The translations under genes were made by a program, and so were the position numbers. The notes under the pieces are model-generated. The model saw only the letters and a program-made list of their open reading frames with translations, did no database searches and was not told the origin of the DNA. Source: Holophagaceae bacterium (GTDB lineage: Bacteria > Acidobacteriota > Holophagae > Holophagales > Holophagaceae). From it: a DNA stretch of 64,000 bases. Shown in pieces: positions 1 to 9,593 of this stretch. Within the stretch, counting starts at the first letter, position 1; each line of letters opens with the position of its first letter. Location: the NCBI GenBank assembly GCA_963970155.1, contig OZ019758.1, forward strand, positions 578,140-642,139, in the 5' to 3' direction.

Positions 1-1636
1 AGTTCTCCCGAATCAGATATTCAGCGGTAGCAATGAAATCATCGAATACGTTCTGTTTCTTCAACTGTTTGCCTTGATCATGCCAGGATTGGCCGTATTC
101 GCCGCCCCCACGAATGCATGCAAGAACATAGATTCCTCCCATTTCCATCCACACCAAATTGGGGACCGCGAAGGAGGGCGTACTGCTGATATTGAAGCCA
201 CCATAACCATAGAGCAATAAAGGAGTTTCGGAAGATATCTTGAGCCCTTTTTTGTGAGATATGAAAATAGGAACTTGGGTACCATCTTTGGATCGAACAA
301 ATACCTGCTTGGTTATGAAGTTATCAGGACTGAATGCGATTTTGGGTGTTCTAAATGGGGTTGAAACTTTTGTCTTAAAATCGAAACGGTATGCAGTTGC
401 AGGCCGATTAAATGAGGAAAAAGTATAAAACCCTTCTGTATCAAAAGGACCGCCCGACATCCCAGATACTGACCCTAGTGATGGCATCTTAATCTTGGAT
501 TCGAGTCGGCCTCTAGGATCATAAATCACAAGGGAAGTCTGTGCATCCGTCATGACTTGCGCCACGAACTGGTGATGGATGTAGGATACATCCTGGAGGA
601 TCGATCCTTTAGTATCTTCACCGATCAGCGTTTTCCATTTATCGGGATCAGGATCCGCAAGAGAAATAGCAACAAGGCGATTGCGCGGAGCCGAATTACT
701 TGTGAGGACGAAGAAGGTTTCTTTGATGTTCCCAACAATTCTATAGGATGCATCGAATTTATCTAGAAAGGGTGTCACTTGAGCATTCGCTTTTGACAAG
801 TCTTTAATGAAAACTCGATTTTTACGTTGGGTCCCTTCGGATTGATAAATGATTAGGTACATACCGTCGTCTGTAACGCTTGTTGAAAAACCCCACTCAG
901 CATGATCGGGGCGCTCATATATTAATAAATCGTCTGACTGGGGTGTATTTAACCGATGAAAATATATTTTTTGATTTTGATTCACAGCTTTGAGGGCGAC
1001 GTCAGCAGACGGTTTCTCATACCGACCATAAAAGAACCCATCATTCCGAGGTGACCAAGTGGCCCCGCTGAATTTGGACCATTCGATTTTGTCGGCAAGG
1101 TCTTTTTTGGTTTTAATATCCCGGATGTACCATGTACGCCAATCAGAACCCCCATCTGAAGTAGCGTAGGCCAGATACTGGGCATTCTTTGAAATACTCA
1201 TCCCACCCAAAGAAACGGTGCCATCGCCGCTGAATGTATTGGGGTCCAAGAGAACGGAACCCTGATCTTTAATCGAATTAGCGACATACCATACGGCGTG
1301 GGGCTGAAGGCCCGAATTGTAAGAGTAAAAGTATTTGTTTTGAACGCGGTTGGGCAAAGAGTATTTTTCATAATTGGAAAGGGTTAATAATCGCTTTTTA
1401 ATCTCATCACGTTGAGGTATTGAAGCAAAATAGTCGTTTGAGATCATATTCTGTTCTTGGATCCAGGTCTTCAACTCTGAGGACTGTGTATCTTCCATCC
1501 AACGATAAGGGTCAGGGACTGATCTATCGAAATAGGTCTCAACAAAAGATGACCGTAAAGCCTTTGGATAAGCAGGGATGGTCTGAGCTACCAATACCGA
1601 AGCAACAGTCACAAGGAATAAACTAAGTTTCTTCAT
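1..1636 (-). CDS. Prolyl oligopeptidase family (peptidase S9A) serine peptidase with N-terminal signal peptide; partial, C-terminal end lies beyond the left window edge
   Basis: Absent from the ORF track because it is open at the edge. Hand translation from ATG at 1636 gives MKKLSLFLVTVASVLVAQ...SFVETYFDRSVPDPYRWMEDTQSSELKTWIQEQN, a typical POP N-terminus. In the same frame near positions 2-110 it gives IRGGGEYGQSWHDQGKQLKKQNVFDDFIATAEYLIREN, an S9A catalytic-domain signature. Confidence 0.85.
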   Translation of the reverse strand, partial: MKKLSLFLVTVASVLVAQTIPAYPKALRSSFVETYFDRSVPDPYRWMEDTQSSELKTWIQEQNMISNDYFASIPQRDEIKKRLLTLSNYEKYSLPNRVQNKYFYSYNSGLQPHAVWYVANSIKDQGSVLLDPNTFSGDGTVSLGGMSISKNAQYLAYATSDGGSDWRTWYIRDIKTKKDLADKIEWSKFSGATWSPRNDGFFYGRYEKPSADVALKAVNQNQKIYFHRLNTPQSDDLLIYERPDHAEWGFSTSVTDDGMYLIIYQSEGTQRKNRVFIKDLSKANAQVTPFLDKFDASYRIVGNIKETFFVLTSNSAPRNRLVAISLADPDPDKWKTLIGEDTKGSILQDVSYIHHQFVAQVMTDAQTSLVIYDPRGRLESKIKMPSLGSVSGMSGGPFDTEGFYTFSSFNRPATAYRFDFKTKVSTPFRTPKIAFSPDNFITKQVFVRSKDGTQVPIFISHKKGLKISSETPLLLYGYGGFNISSTPSFAVPNLVWMEMGGIYVLACIRGGGEYGQSWHDQGKQLKKQNVFDDFIATAEYLIREN

Positions 1637-1784
1637 TGAAATCTCCGCTGAATATAGGGGCTTGGGGTTGAGCATTGAGGTAATTTTTTTTAAAAGTTAC
1701 TTCAATCTAGCAAATGAATGACAAAAGTCATAAAAATAAAGTTAAAATTCGCTAGAATTCAAGAGTTGACATAGGAGTCTCACC

Positions 1785-3113
1785 TTGGTGCCAAGCAGCA
1801 AGAAGGTTTTCGTCCTTGATACCAATGTGCTACTTCACGATCCTAGTTCAATCATGAATTTTCAGGAGCACGAAGTTGTTCTCCCGATTGTCGTTATTGA
1901 AGAAGTAGATAATTTTAAAAAGGATCAATCTGAAATAGGGAGAAATGCGCGAACGGTATCAAGGCTTCTAGATCAAATGCGGCAAAAAGGTTCCTTAAAT
2001 CAAGGCGTAGCTCTGGATAGCGGTGGAACCCTCAAAGTTGACATTGAGATTCATGATTTAGAAATTGGAATCCTTAGTGCCGACAAACATAAAGCGGATA
2101 ATCAAATTCTGGCATGTGCTCTTCACTTGCTCAGAACACGTAAAGAAAAAACAATTCTTGTCTCCAAAGATACCAACTTAAGAATTAAAGCTGATGCTCT
2201 TGGCATGGCTGCTGAGGACTACACCACCGATCGAGTGGAGATTGATGATTTCTTCACCGGGTCCTCAATCCATTCAGTCACGAGCCAACAAATTGATGAA
2301 CTTTATGATCAAGGACTAACTCTCAATTCCTCATCACCCCTTTATCCAAATGAGTTTGTCACTCTGGTCAACGAGACCAACCCTAATCATATGGCCCTAG
2401 CTCGATCGATGGGGTCTGAGGGTCTCTTAAAACCTCTCAAGCGGTTGGAAGTCCCCCCATGGGGAATCAAACCCAGAAACCGTGAGCAGCAATTCGCTAT
2501 GGAATTACTTCTCGATCCGACTGTTCAAGTAATCACCCTCATTGGCAAAGCAGGAACTGGTAAAACTCTACTAGCGATAGCTGCAGGACTTCAACTGGTA
2601 GTGGACGATGAAAAATACAATAAGTTACTTGTTTCAAGGCCGATTGTTCCTATGGGTAGAGATATCGGCTTTTTACCGGGGGATATCGGGGATAAGGTTA
2701 AACCATTTATGCAGCCCATCTACGATAATCTCGAATTTATATCAGCTGCCAACGTAGACCAAAGGCGTCGAACTACGATGACCGCAGCCCAGCTCGAAGA
2801 GTCTGGGTACATGAATATTGAACCTCTTACTTATATTCGAGGTCGAAGTATACCCAATCAATATATGATCGTAGACGAATCTCAGAATCTAACACCCCAT
2901 GAGGTTAAAACGATACTGACACGGGCGGGCGACGGCACTAAGGTGATCTTCACTGGCGATCCTAATCAAATTGATAATCCTTATGTAGATGCCTCGAGCA
3001 ATGGTCTAACGTATTTGGCTGAGCGATTTCGAAATCTACCTATTGCAGGCCATGTCACTCTCATCAAAGGGGAGAGAAGCGAGCTGGCGGAAATTGCTAG
3101 CAATATTCTTTAA
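1785..3113 (+). CDS. PhoH-like ATPase with N-terminal PIN domain (YlaK/PhoH2 type)
   Basis: PIN-like VFVLDTNVLLHDP near the N-terminus; Walker A GKAGTGKT; IVDESQNLT Walker B region. TTG start with AGGAG 7 nt upstream. Confidence 0.85.
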   Translation: MVPSSKKVFVLDTNVLLHDPSSIMNFQEHEVVLPIVVIEEVDNFKKDQSEIGRNARTVSRLLDQMRQKGSLNQGVALDSGGTLKVDIEIHDLEIGILSADKHKADNQILACALHLLRTRKEKTILVSKDTNLRIKADALGMAAEDYTTDRVEIDDFFTGSSIHSVTSQQIDELYDQGLTLNSSSPLYPNEFVTLVNETNPNHMALARSMGSEGLLKPLKRLEVPPWGIKPRNREQQFAMELLLDPTVQVITLIGKAGTGKTLLAIAAGLQLVVDDEKYNKLLVSRPIVPMGRDIGFLPGDIGDKVKPFMQPIYDNLEFISAANVDQRRRTTMTAAQLEESGYMNIEPLTYIRGRSIPNQYMIVDESQNLTPHEVKTILTRAGDGTKVIFTGDPNQIDNPYVDASSNGLTYLAERFRNLPIAGHVTLIKGERSELAEIASNIL

Positions 3114-3155
3114 ATTATTTGGGTTAGTCGCACCTCCTAAAGGTAAGATAGGGGC

Positions 3156-4340
3156 ATGATTACTTCAGACCAAATCAGTCTCATATTAAAAGGGGTCGTC
3201 ACCTGTAATACCGAACGTGACCTTAAAGTTAAATTGGACAATCGGAAGCCCCTCAAAATTAAAGCAGGCTTTGATCCCACCTCGCCTGACCTTCACTTAG
3301 GTCACTTAGTTCAACTGAATAAACTAAAGACCTTCCAGGATCTAGGTCATGAAGTAACCTTTCTTGTCGGCGACTTCACAGCCTCAATTGGGGATCCCAC
3401 CGGAAAGAGCGTTACACGCCCCCCGCTTTCGGCCGAACAAATTACCGCTAATGCGGAGACCTATAAAACCCAAGTTTTTAAGATTCTTGATCCGATTAAA
3501 ACGAAGCTTCGTTTTAATCAAGAGTGGATGAAGTTACTTTCGAGTACTGATTGGATCAAGTTAGCCTCGCGGTTTACTGTAGCTCAACTTTTAGAGCGTA
3601 AAGATTTTCAGACTCGACTCGAACAAGGATCTCCCCTCTCGCTTCACGAGATTCTTTATCCTATTGTCCAGGCTTATGATTCGGTTGTTCTACAATCTGA
3701 TGTTGAAATCGGAGGAACCGATCAGTTGTTTAATCTCATGCGAGGTCGAGATCTACAGGAATCTCTTGGTCAACCCCCTCAGGTCATTTTGACGCTCCCG
3801 CTCCTTGTCGGACTTGATGGAACCGAAAAGATGTCAAAATCACTCGGGAATTCTATCGGATTTAGCGAAGATGCTGACTCGCAGTTTGCTAAAACCATGA
3901 GTATTAGTGACGCGACTATGTGGTTGTGGATACCTCTTTTGACTCCTAAATCTTCGGCAGAAATCGAGGTCTTAAAAAATGCTCACCCCATGGAAACCAA
4001 AAAAGCATTAGCCCGATCCATCGTCGCTTTCTTTCATGCCGAATCGGAAGCGCAAGCGGCAGAAGAACGCTGGACTAACCGTTTTTCTAATAAATCAACC
4101 GATGAAGTTCCTGAATATTCTATCCTCTCATCGGTCGAAGAAGAGTCACTGGTACGCTTGTTACAAACTAGAGCATTGGTGGATTCGAAGAAATCTGCGG
4201 AAAGACTTATAGAACAAGGAGCCGTTAGCCTCAATGAGGTTAAGATCTCTGATCCCAAAATCAAAATCAAACTGAGTGTCGGGGACCGCTATCTGGTTCG
4301 TGTGGGTAAATTGAAGATCGAAAAATGGATTGTTGTTTAA
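3156..4340 (+). CDS. tyrS: Tyrosine--tRNA ligase
   Basis: Class I HIGH-type motif (PDLHLGHL), KMSKS motif (EKMSKSLGN), C-terminal S4-like RNA-binding region. Confidence 0.9.
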   Translation: MITSDQISLILKGVVTCNTERDLKVKLDNRKPLKIKAGFDPTSPDLHLGHLVQLNKLKTFQDLGHEVTFLVGDFTASIGDPTGKSVTRPPLSAEQITANAETYKTQVFKILDPIKTKLRFNQEWMKLLSSTDWIKLASRFTVAQLLERKDFQTRLEQGSPLSLHEILYPIVQAYDSVVLQSDVEIGGTDQLFNLMRGRDLQESLGQPPQVILTLPLLVGLDGTEKMSKSLGNSIGFSEDADSQFAKTMSISDATMWLWIPLLTPKSSAEIEVLKNAHPMETKKALARSIVAFFHAESEAQAAEERWTNRFSNKSTDEVPEYSILSSVEEESLVRLLQTRALVDSKKSAERLIEQGAVSLNEVKISDPKIKIKLSVGDRYLVRVGKLKIEKWIVV

Positions 4341-4343
4341 AGA

Positions 4344-5429
4344 ATGAGATTTTTTGAGCCACTCATTCGCAAAGATCCACAATATCGACATGGCATATGG
4401 TTCTCATCGCCGTCTCCTTCTCGACTCATCTTTGTCGAACAAGGACAAATCGTTTCGGTAAAAGGCTCCAAAGAACAGGAACTTTTCGAATCATTTTTAG
4501 ATAAAACTAATGCTCTTCCCAATGCCCAATTACGTTATGCGATAAGTAAAGGATCGTCTAAAGAATCATTCATTCAGACTTTAAGAAATCTAGGTTTTTT
4601 ACCCAAACAAAAACTTCTCGAACTTCAAAGGGAGTGGGTCGAACAACTGCTCATAGAATGGATTCAAGATGAATCGATTACCTGGAAATTTGAACCCGTT
4701 AATCATGCTTCTGAACGTTGGGGGCTCGATATCTCAATCGATCGAGTTGCCTTAGCGTCCTTTATCATTCGCCGGTCCATCAACGGGCTAGGGTCTTCGG
4801 GGATCAGCATCCGAGTGCTTGAGCATCAATTTAAGCATCTTCTCGTGGGCCCGCTTGAGCCCTTAAAAACTATCCTAAGTTCTCATGAGTGGATTACCTA
4901 TTCCCAACTCATTTCCGCAGTGAATAGACCCGAAGAACTCTGGGGCCTCTTGGATTACCTACAAATTGCCAACCAAATTGAGATCCAAAAAGAAGTCGGC
5001 TTAAGTTCTGACAAAACAATAGCCGACAATCGGCGATTACGACCCTATCTTCATATATATGGTTGGGTCATTTTAGGGCTCGCGTTAGCCATAGCCACCT
5101 TATGGGTTCGTCCCAGACTCTTCACACCCATCGAATCGGCCCCTCCTCCCGTAGTGGGCCGAAGCCTCCCTATCCGCGAACTTGATCACTGGACGATTGT
5201 CATTAATATTCAAGCTGACGAAACACTATTAAGACAAATTAAAAGTGATTTTGGAGAAAAATTCTCAATTTATTTTGTACCTAGCTCTTCTGGATCTTCA
5301 ACTTTCCAGGTAAGCCTCGGTGATTTTGCTTCCTACTCTGAGGCCTTAGAAGTTCAGAATTCACTCGAGCTAAGTCGTCGTTCATACTCAAATGGCTGGG
5401 GTGTTCGCAAGTTTAAGGATCTTCAGTGA
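4344..5429 (+). CDS. Hypothetical membrane protein with one TM segment and a C-terminal SPOR-like domain
   Basis: 361-aa ORF. Central hydrophobic segment GWVILGLALAIATLWV. The C-terminal HWTIVINIQ...FQVSLGDFASYSEALEVQNSL resembles SPOR repeats. The stop overlaps the rlpA GTG start (GTGA). Confidence 0.5.
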   Translation: MRFFEPLIRKDPQYRHGIWFSSPSPSRLIFVEQGQIVSVKGSKEQELFESFLDKTNALPNAQLRYAISKGSSKESFIQTLRNLGFLPKQKLLELQREWVEQLLIEWIQDESITWKFEPVNHASERWGLDISIDRVALASFIIRRSINGLGSSGISIRVLEHQFKHLLVGPLEPLKTILSSHEWITYSQLISAVNRPEELWGLLDYLQIANQIEIQKEVGLSSDKTIADNRRLRPYLHIYGWVILGLALAIATLWVRPRLFTPIESAPPPVVGRSLPIRELDHWTIVINIQADETLLRQIKSDFGEKFSIYFVPSSSGSSTFQVSLGDFASYSEALEVQNSLELSRRSYSNGWGVRKFKDLQ

Positions 5430-6136
5430 GACGGCATAGGGAGCGGTTCCTTATTCTATTGCTGATTGGATTCCTAACCGCCTGCTCCACCCCCTTTGTA
5501 CCCAATAATTCTTACGACTTCAAATCAGCAGATAACCAAAAAATGTCCCCTTATTTAGAGGAGGGAATCGCAAGTTGGTATGGCGGAGATGGAGATGGAT
5601 TCGCAGGACTCCGGACCGCTAATGGTGAGATTTACGACCCTGATCAGATGACTTGTGCACATAAAATTCTTCCCCTTGGGACGACCTTAAAGGTCACTAA
5701 TCTAGAGAATGATCGGTCTGTAATCGTTCGCGTGAATGATCGAGGACCCTATGTCGATGGCCGAGTCATTGATCTTTCTCGTCGAGCTGCAACCCTTCTA
5801 GACATTCGCCTAAAGGGTACCGCTAAGGTTCGAATTATCTCCAGCGATCTATCAGGCCGGCCTCAGCCCATGTCCGTCCTAGATGCGACCAATCCCTTTA
5901 CTGTTCAGCTGATGGCTGCAGAAAACAGAGAGGATCTTAAAGAACTTCGGCAAATAGTGGATAGATCCAATAGAGGCTCCTACGTGGAAGAATTTATCGA
6001 TCGCAATTCAAAGGTGGTTTATCGTTTGAGAATAGGGTTGTTCAGGGATCGTGAATCCGCACAGTCTTTGGCCACAAATCTCAAAAAAATGCTTCGAGAC
6101 CGAGGTATTACCCCTTATGTAACCAGGATGAGATAG
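5426..6136 (+). CDS. rlpA: Septal ring lytic transglycosylase RlpA family lipoprotein (DPBB domain plus C-terminal SPOR)
   Basis: Lipobox-like LTAC; ASWYGG...GLRTANGEIYDPDQMTCAHKILPLGTTLKVTNLENDRSVIVRVNDRGPY is the RlpA DPBB signature; the C-terminal YRLRIGLFRDRESAQSL is SPOR-like. Confidence 0.8.
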   Translation: MRRHRERFLILLLIGFLTACSTPFVPNNSYDFKSADNQKMSPYLEEGIASWYGGDGDGFAGLRTANGEIYDPDQMTCAHKILPLGTTLKVTNLENDRSVIVRVNDRGPYVDGRVIDLSRRAATLLDIRLKGTAKVRIISSDLSGRPQPMSVLDATNPFTVQLMAAENREDLKELRQIVDRSNRGSYVEEFIDRNSKVVYRLRIGLFRDRESAQSLATNLKKMLRDRGITPYVTRMR

Positions 6137-6185
6137 TTCATTGGGTTGATTTTCTCCCATACTTAAGCCTAGAGGTGTCCCTTAG

Positions 6186-6845
6186 ATGCTTGAAAAGAAC
6201 TACTTAATTATTCCAGCGGGTGGACGAGGGGTCCGTATGGGGAGTTCTATTCCCAAGCAATTTTTAGACTGGGAAGGAAAGCCCATCCTCCAATCAACTA
6301 TTTTGGCCTTTCTGGGTCCAGAAATGCCAACTTTTGAAGCCATTATTGTAGCTGTTCCTGCGGAGTATATCTCCCTCGTTAAATCTTGGTCTCCATCCAT
6401 CACTTTCAAGGTAGTTGAAGGTGGTTTGACGCGCTTTGAGTCTGTTTCTAATTGTCTTGACCAAATTCCTGCTGAACATAATCCCACGGTGCTCATTCAC
6501 GATGGTGTGCGGCCCTTCCCTCCGGCGCGTGAAATTAAAAAAGCCCTTGAGATTATTCAACCCCATGAAGTTATGATTCTTGCTGAGCCGATCTTTGATA
6601 CAGTGAAGCGCGTCAATTCGCAGTCATTGGTATCCCACACCGAAGATCGCACAACCCTCTACCGCGCACAAACACCGCAAATTGCCAAACGTTCAATTTG
6701 GATAGAAGCTTTTGAGTTTGCCAAAATCCATCATGCAGATATCACCGATGATTCTTTGGCTGCGGAAAAGGCTGGGATACCTGTTCGCGTTATGAGTTCG
6801 CCGGCGAGCAATCGAAAGATGACCACCCCCGCTGACTTAATGTAA
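6186..6845 (+). CDS. ispD: 2-C-methyl-D-erythritol 4-phosphate cytidylyltransferase
   Basis: N-terminal IIPAGGRGVRMG nucleotide-binding motif, 219 aa, overall IspD-like pattern (VHDGVRPF, TPQ). Confidence 0.85.
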   Translation: MLEKNYLIIPAGGRGVRMGSSIPKQFLDWEGKPILQSTILAFLGPEMPTFEAIIVAVPAEYISLVKSWSPSITFKVVEGGLTRFESVSNCLDQIPAEHNPTVLIHDGVRPFPPAREIKKALEIIQPHEVMILAEPIFDTVKRVNSQSLVSHTEDRTTLYRAQTPQIAKRSIWIEAFEFAKIHHADITDDSLAAEKAGIPVRVMSSPASNRKMTTPADLM

Positions 6846-6961
6846 AAATGGGGTAACGTTACCACACTGTGTAGTGATGTAAACTCACTCCCTTGATTTT
6901 CTGTCATGGACTAAGAATCATAAAGCCCGCCGTATCGATAAAGCCCCTATGATTTTTACAT

Positions 6962-7840
6962 ATGAGCCTGGCTACGTTAAGCAAGAGTAGAACTCTGAGT
7001 CGATCGATTCAGGTTGAAGGAACAGGCGTCCACTCGAATACTCCTTGCTCAGTTCTACTAAAACCAGCGGTCTCTGATACCGGATTACGTTTTATTCACC
7101 CCGCAAGCTCTACTGTTATTCCCGTCCATATCTCGTGCTTGAAGTCCACTTCTTACGCCACGACTCTCTCTAAGAATGGGATTGAGGTCCAAACAGTTGA
7201 GCACTTACTATCTGCTCTTGTAGGCTTGTCAATTTTCAATCTTGATCTTGTCTTGGAGTCGCACGCAACCATCCAAGAACTCCCTATTTTAGATGGGAGT
7301 TCCAAAGAGTGGGTAGCTGCCATTTTAGATGCAGGCATATCCAATCTCGAGTTACCTCAGAAAACTATCAAAATAAAAGAACGAATCCATGTGATCCAAG
7401 GAGATAAATCTATTTCTATCGAGCCTGCGTCGGGCTTGATCATTGACTACACGATTCAATTTCATCAATCCTCTATCGGCACACAGCGTCAGCGACTCGT
7501 GCTGAGCCCGGAATCCTACCTATCGGAAATTGGATCTGCTCGAACCTTCTGTCTCGAGAGTGAAATCAACGCCATGAAAAAACTTGGCTTAGCCAAAGGT
7601 GGAAGCTTAGACAACGCAATTGTCTTTGCGGCTCATGGCCCACTTAATGATTCTCTGAGATACGTGGATGAGCCTGTGCGTCATAAGATTTTAGACTTGG
7701 TTGGTGACTTGGCCCTACTCGGTTGCCCCCTCGAAGGGAAGATTGTTGCTCAAGGAGCGGGTCACCAACTCCATACCGAACTCTGCAGAAATATTATGCA
7801 AGAAGCCCACAAATGGGAATTGACGACTCTAGCCTCCTGA
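6962..7840 (+). CDS. lpxC: UDP-3-O-acyl-N-acetylglucosamine deacetylase
   Basis: LpxC signatures TVEHLLSAL, ARTF, HKILDLVGDLALLG; 292 aa. Confidence 0.9.
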   Translation: MSLATLSKSRTLSRSIQVEGTGVHSNTPCSVLLKPAVSDTGLRFIHPASSTVIPVHISCLKSTSYATTLSKNGIEVQTVEHLLSALVGLSIFNLDLVLESHATIQELPILDGSSKEWVAAILDAGISNLELPQKTIKIKERIHVIQGDKSISIEPASGLIIDYTIQFHQSSIGTQRQRLVLSPESYLSEIGSARTFCLESEINAMKKLGLAKGGSLDNAIVFAAHGPLNDSLRYVDEPVRHKILDLVGDLALLGCPLEGKIVAQGAGHQLHTELCRNIMQEAHKWELTTLAS

Positions 7841-7878
7841 GATAACCCTTAGTAGCTCCGCTAGGGTTACTATAAGTT

Positions 7879-8391
7879 ATGACTCTCCACGCCCTAGATT
7901 CCTTACCTGCTTCATCCAAGCTTTGGATCGTTGGTTTGACTTCTCCCTTGGCGGATACCCAGGTTGAATCCTTAGAAGGTTCGTTAAGTAGTCTATTGGC
8001 CACTTGGACACACAAAGGCCAGCTTTATGCACCGGCTTATTCGATTCTTTTCAAACAAGTAATCTTAATCGCAGAAGAATCCATGGCTCATCAGGCGAGT
8101 GGCTGTGCCATTGATGGCCTTATGAGAAAATTCGGAACGATCGCAAGCCACCTTTCCCTAAAGATGATTAATCCGGCCGAATCTATCCTTTGGACTAATG
8201 ACCAAAGAGACTATCGGGTGAGTGCCAAAAGCGATATCCCTGCTCTCATCCAAAAGGACTCGTTAAAACCTACATCCCTCATCGCTGACTTTAGCCTTGA
8301 AACCCTTGGTGAATTAAGGACACAAGGTCTTTTTAAGGTTTCTGCGACTACCTGGCTAGGCCGAAAGTATTTCCAGACTTTAGCCTTTTAG
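7879..8391 (+). CDS. Hypothetical protein (170 aa)
   Basis: ORF 38 nt downstream of lpxC on the same strand. I recognise no family with confidence. Confidence 0.45.
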   Translation: MTLHALDSLPASSKLWIVGLTSPLADTQVESLEGSLSSLLATWTHKGQLYAPAYSILFKQVILIAEESMAHQASGCAIDGLMRKFGTIASHLSLKMINPAESILWTNDQRDYRVSAKSDIPALIQKDSLKPTSLIADFSLETLGELRTQGLFKVSATTWLGRKYFQTLAF

Positions 8392-8406
8392 CATTAGGGT
8401 TGAGCC

Positions 8407-8808
8407 TCAATATTGCTTACCTTGGAATTTTGATTGCCAGGGTTCTCTTGAGTCTTCATCGTTGGGGGTTTCACTCTTAACGACACCCTTCGCTAAGGCT
8501 TGGATAAGCGATGTGCCTAGGGCTGTCGGCATTAATTTAGAAATCTGAGTAGCGACAACGGGGGGCGATGAGGGCTTGACGACGGTGGCACTACTGGAAG
8601 GAGTTACACGCTTCAAGTATTTATGGGTCTTCTTTTCGGCTTTCAAAGAAGCTTGTTTTTCTTCTTCTTGAACGATTTGTGACTTTTTATTCGTTTTGAC
8701 GGAGGACTTAACTGGTTTAGGTGATTGCTTGACTTCGCGAGATTGAGAATTTGGTTTAGATGCATCTTCCAGTAGTTTAGCTAGATTTGATAACTGATTA
8801 ATGGTCAT
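8407..8808 (-). CDS. Hypothetical basic Lys/Ser/Pro-rich low-complexity protein (133 aa)
   Basis: ORF with GGAG 8 nt upstream of the ATG. Composition: KQSPKPVKSSVKTNKKSQ...KPSSPPVV. Confidence 0.45.
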   Translation of the reverse strand: MTINQLSNLAKLLEDASKPNSQSREVKQSPKPVKSSVKTNKKSQIVQEEEKQASLKAEKKTHKYLKRVTPSSSATVVKPSSPPVVATQISKLMPTALGTSLIQALAKGVVKSETPNDEDSREPWQSKFQGKQY

Positions 8809-8903
8809 TAAGACGGAGCTCCGTGAAATTGTGGAAAATTAAAAAATAACATCAAAAAGATCATTTGAGTAGGATTAATCTTATAGATCAAGGTTGAAAA
8901 ATC

Positions 8904-9425
8904 ATGAACATACGCCATCCTTACCTATCGCTGTGGGTGATGACTCTACTCTTCGTACCGCTCAATATGGTCTCTTGTCGTTCCCGATTGGAGGCAGTGA
9001 ATAAAGCTACGGAATCCATTAATTCCAGCGATCTCAAAGAACCCGACTGGATACCAGCCCTTCCGCCGACCATAAGTTTTGCGGGTCCGCATAAAGATAC
9101 GTATCAAGAAACGTTCATGAACCCGATTGCTTTCTCGGCACTTCAAGCAAATGAATTTACTCCTTGGCCCGAAGGTAGCGAATTTATTAAAAGGTCCACG
9201 AACGAGGCCGGTGAGTTAATTGGCTACAGCGGACAATTTAAAAAGAATGGTTGGGAATGGGCTACGTTTGATAAGGAAGGTAAACTAATTTGGAAAGCTA
9301 GGGGTTCTACTGCTTCAAGCTGCAATCAGTGTCATCAACAGATGGCCTCGAAGTTCGACGGAGTTTTTACTCCTGTTTTCTTCGGCAAAGGATCCTTGTC
9401 AATCCCGATCAATAAAACAAAATAA
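8904..9425 (+). CDS. Secreted or lipoprotein cytochrome P460-family-like mono-heme protein
   Basis: Signal peptide; single C-terminal CxxCH (CNQCH) followed by DGVFT; GWEWATFDKEG pattern typical of the P460 family. Confidence 0.55.
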   Translation: MNIRHPYLSLWVMTLLFVPLNMVSCRSRLEAVNKATESINSSDLKEPDWIPALPPTISFAGPHKDTYQETFMNPIAFSALQANEFTPWPEGSEFIKRSTNEAGELIGYSGQFKKNGWEWATFDKEGKLIWKARGSTASSCNQCHQQMASKFDGVFTPVFFGKGSLSIPINKTK

Positions 9426-9551
9426 GCCCATCCCTAATCTTTATAGGGTCCATGATCAAATATCGACAAAACTCAAATGTCGTTAAGGGTCTAGGTTCGT
9501 ATTTCGTTTCTTCATCCCAAGACGCTAGGGCTTGTTTCATTCGATATTCGT

Positions 9552-9570
9552 ATTGAGACTTAATCTCATT
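9552..9570. promoter_or_regulatory. Candidate palindromic operator (Fur-type?) upstream of feoAB
   Basis: ATTGAGACTTAATCTCATT is 14/19 self-complementary (TGAGA-N5-TCTCA core), AT-rich, and lies 25-50 nt upstream of the feoA start. Confidence 0.25.
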
Positions 9571-9593
9571 TATACTAATAGGGCCCTTCTTAC

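Noticed and set aside
1765-1770. TTGACA as the -35 box of the phoH-like gene.
   Set aside because: It lies only 15 nt before the TTG start and inside the RBS region. The PIN motif begins within the first 10 codons, so the start cannot be moved downstream.
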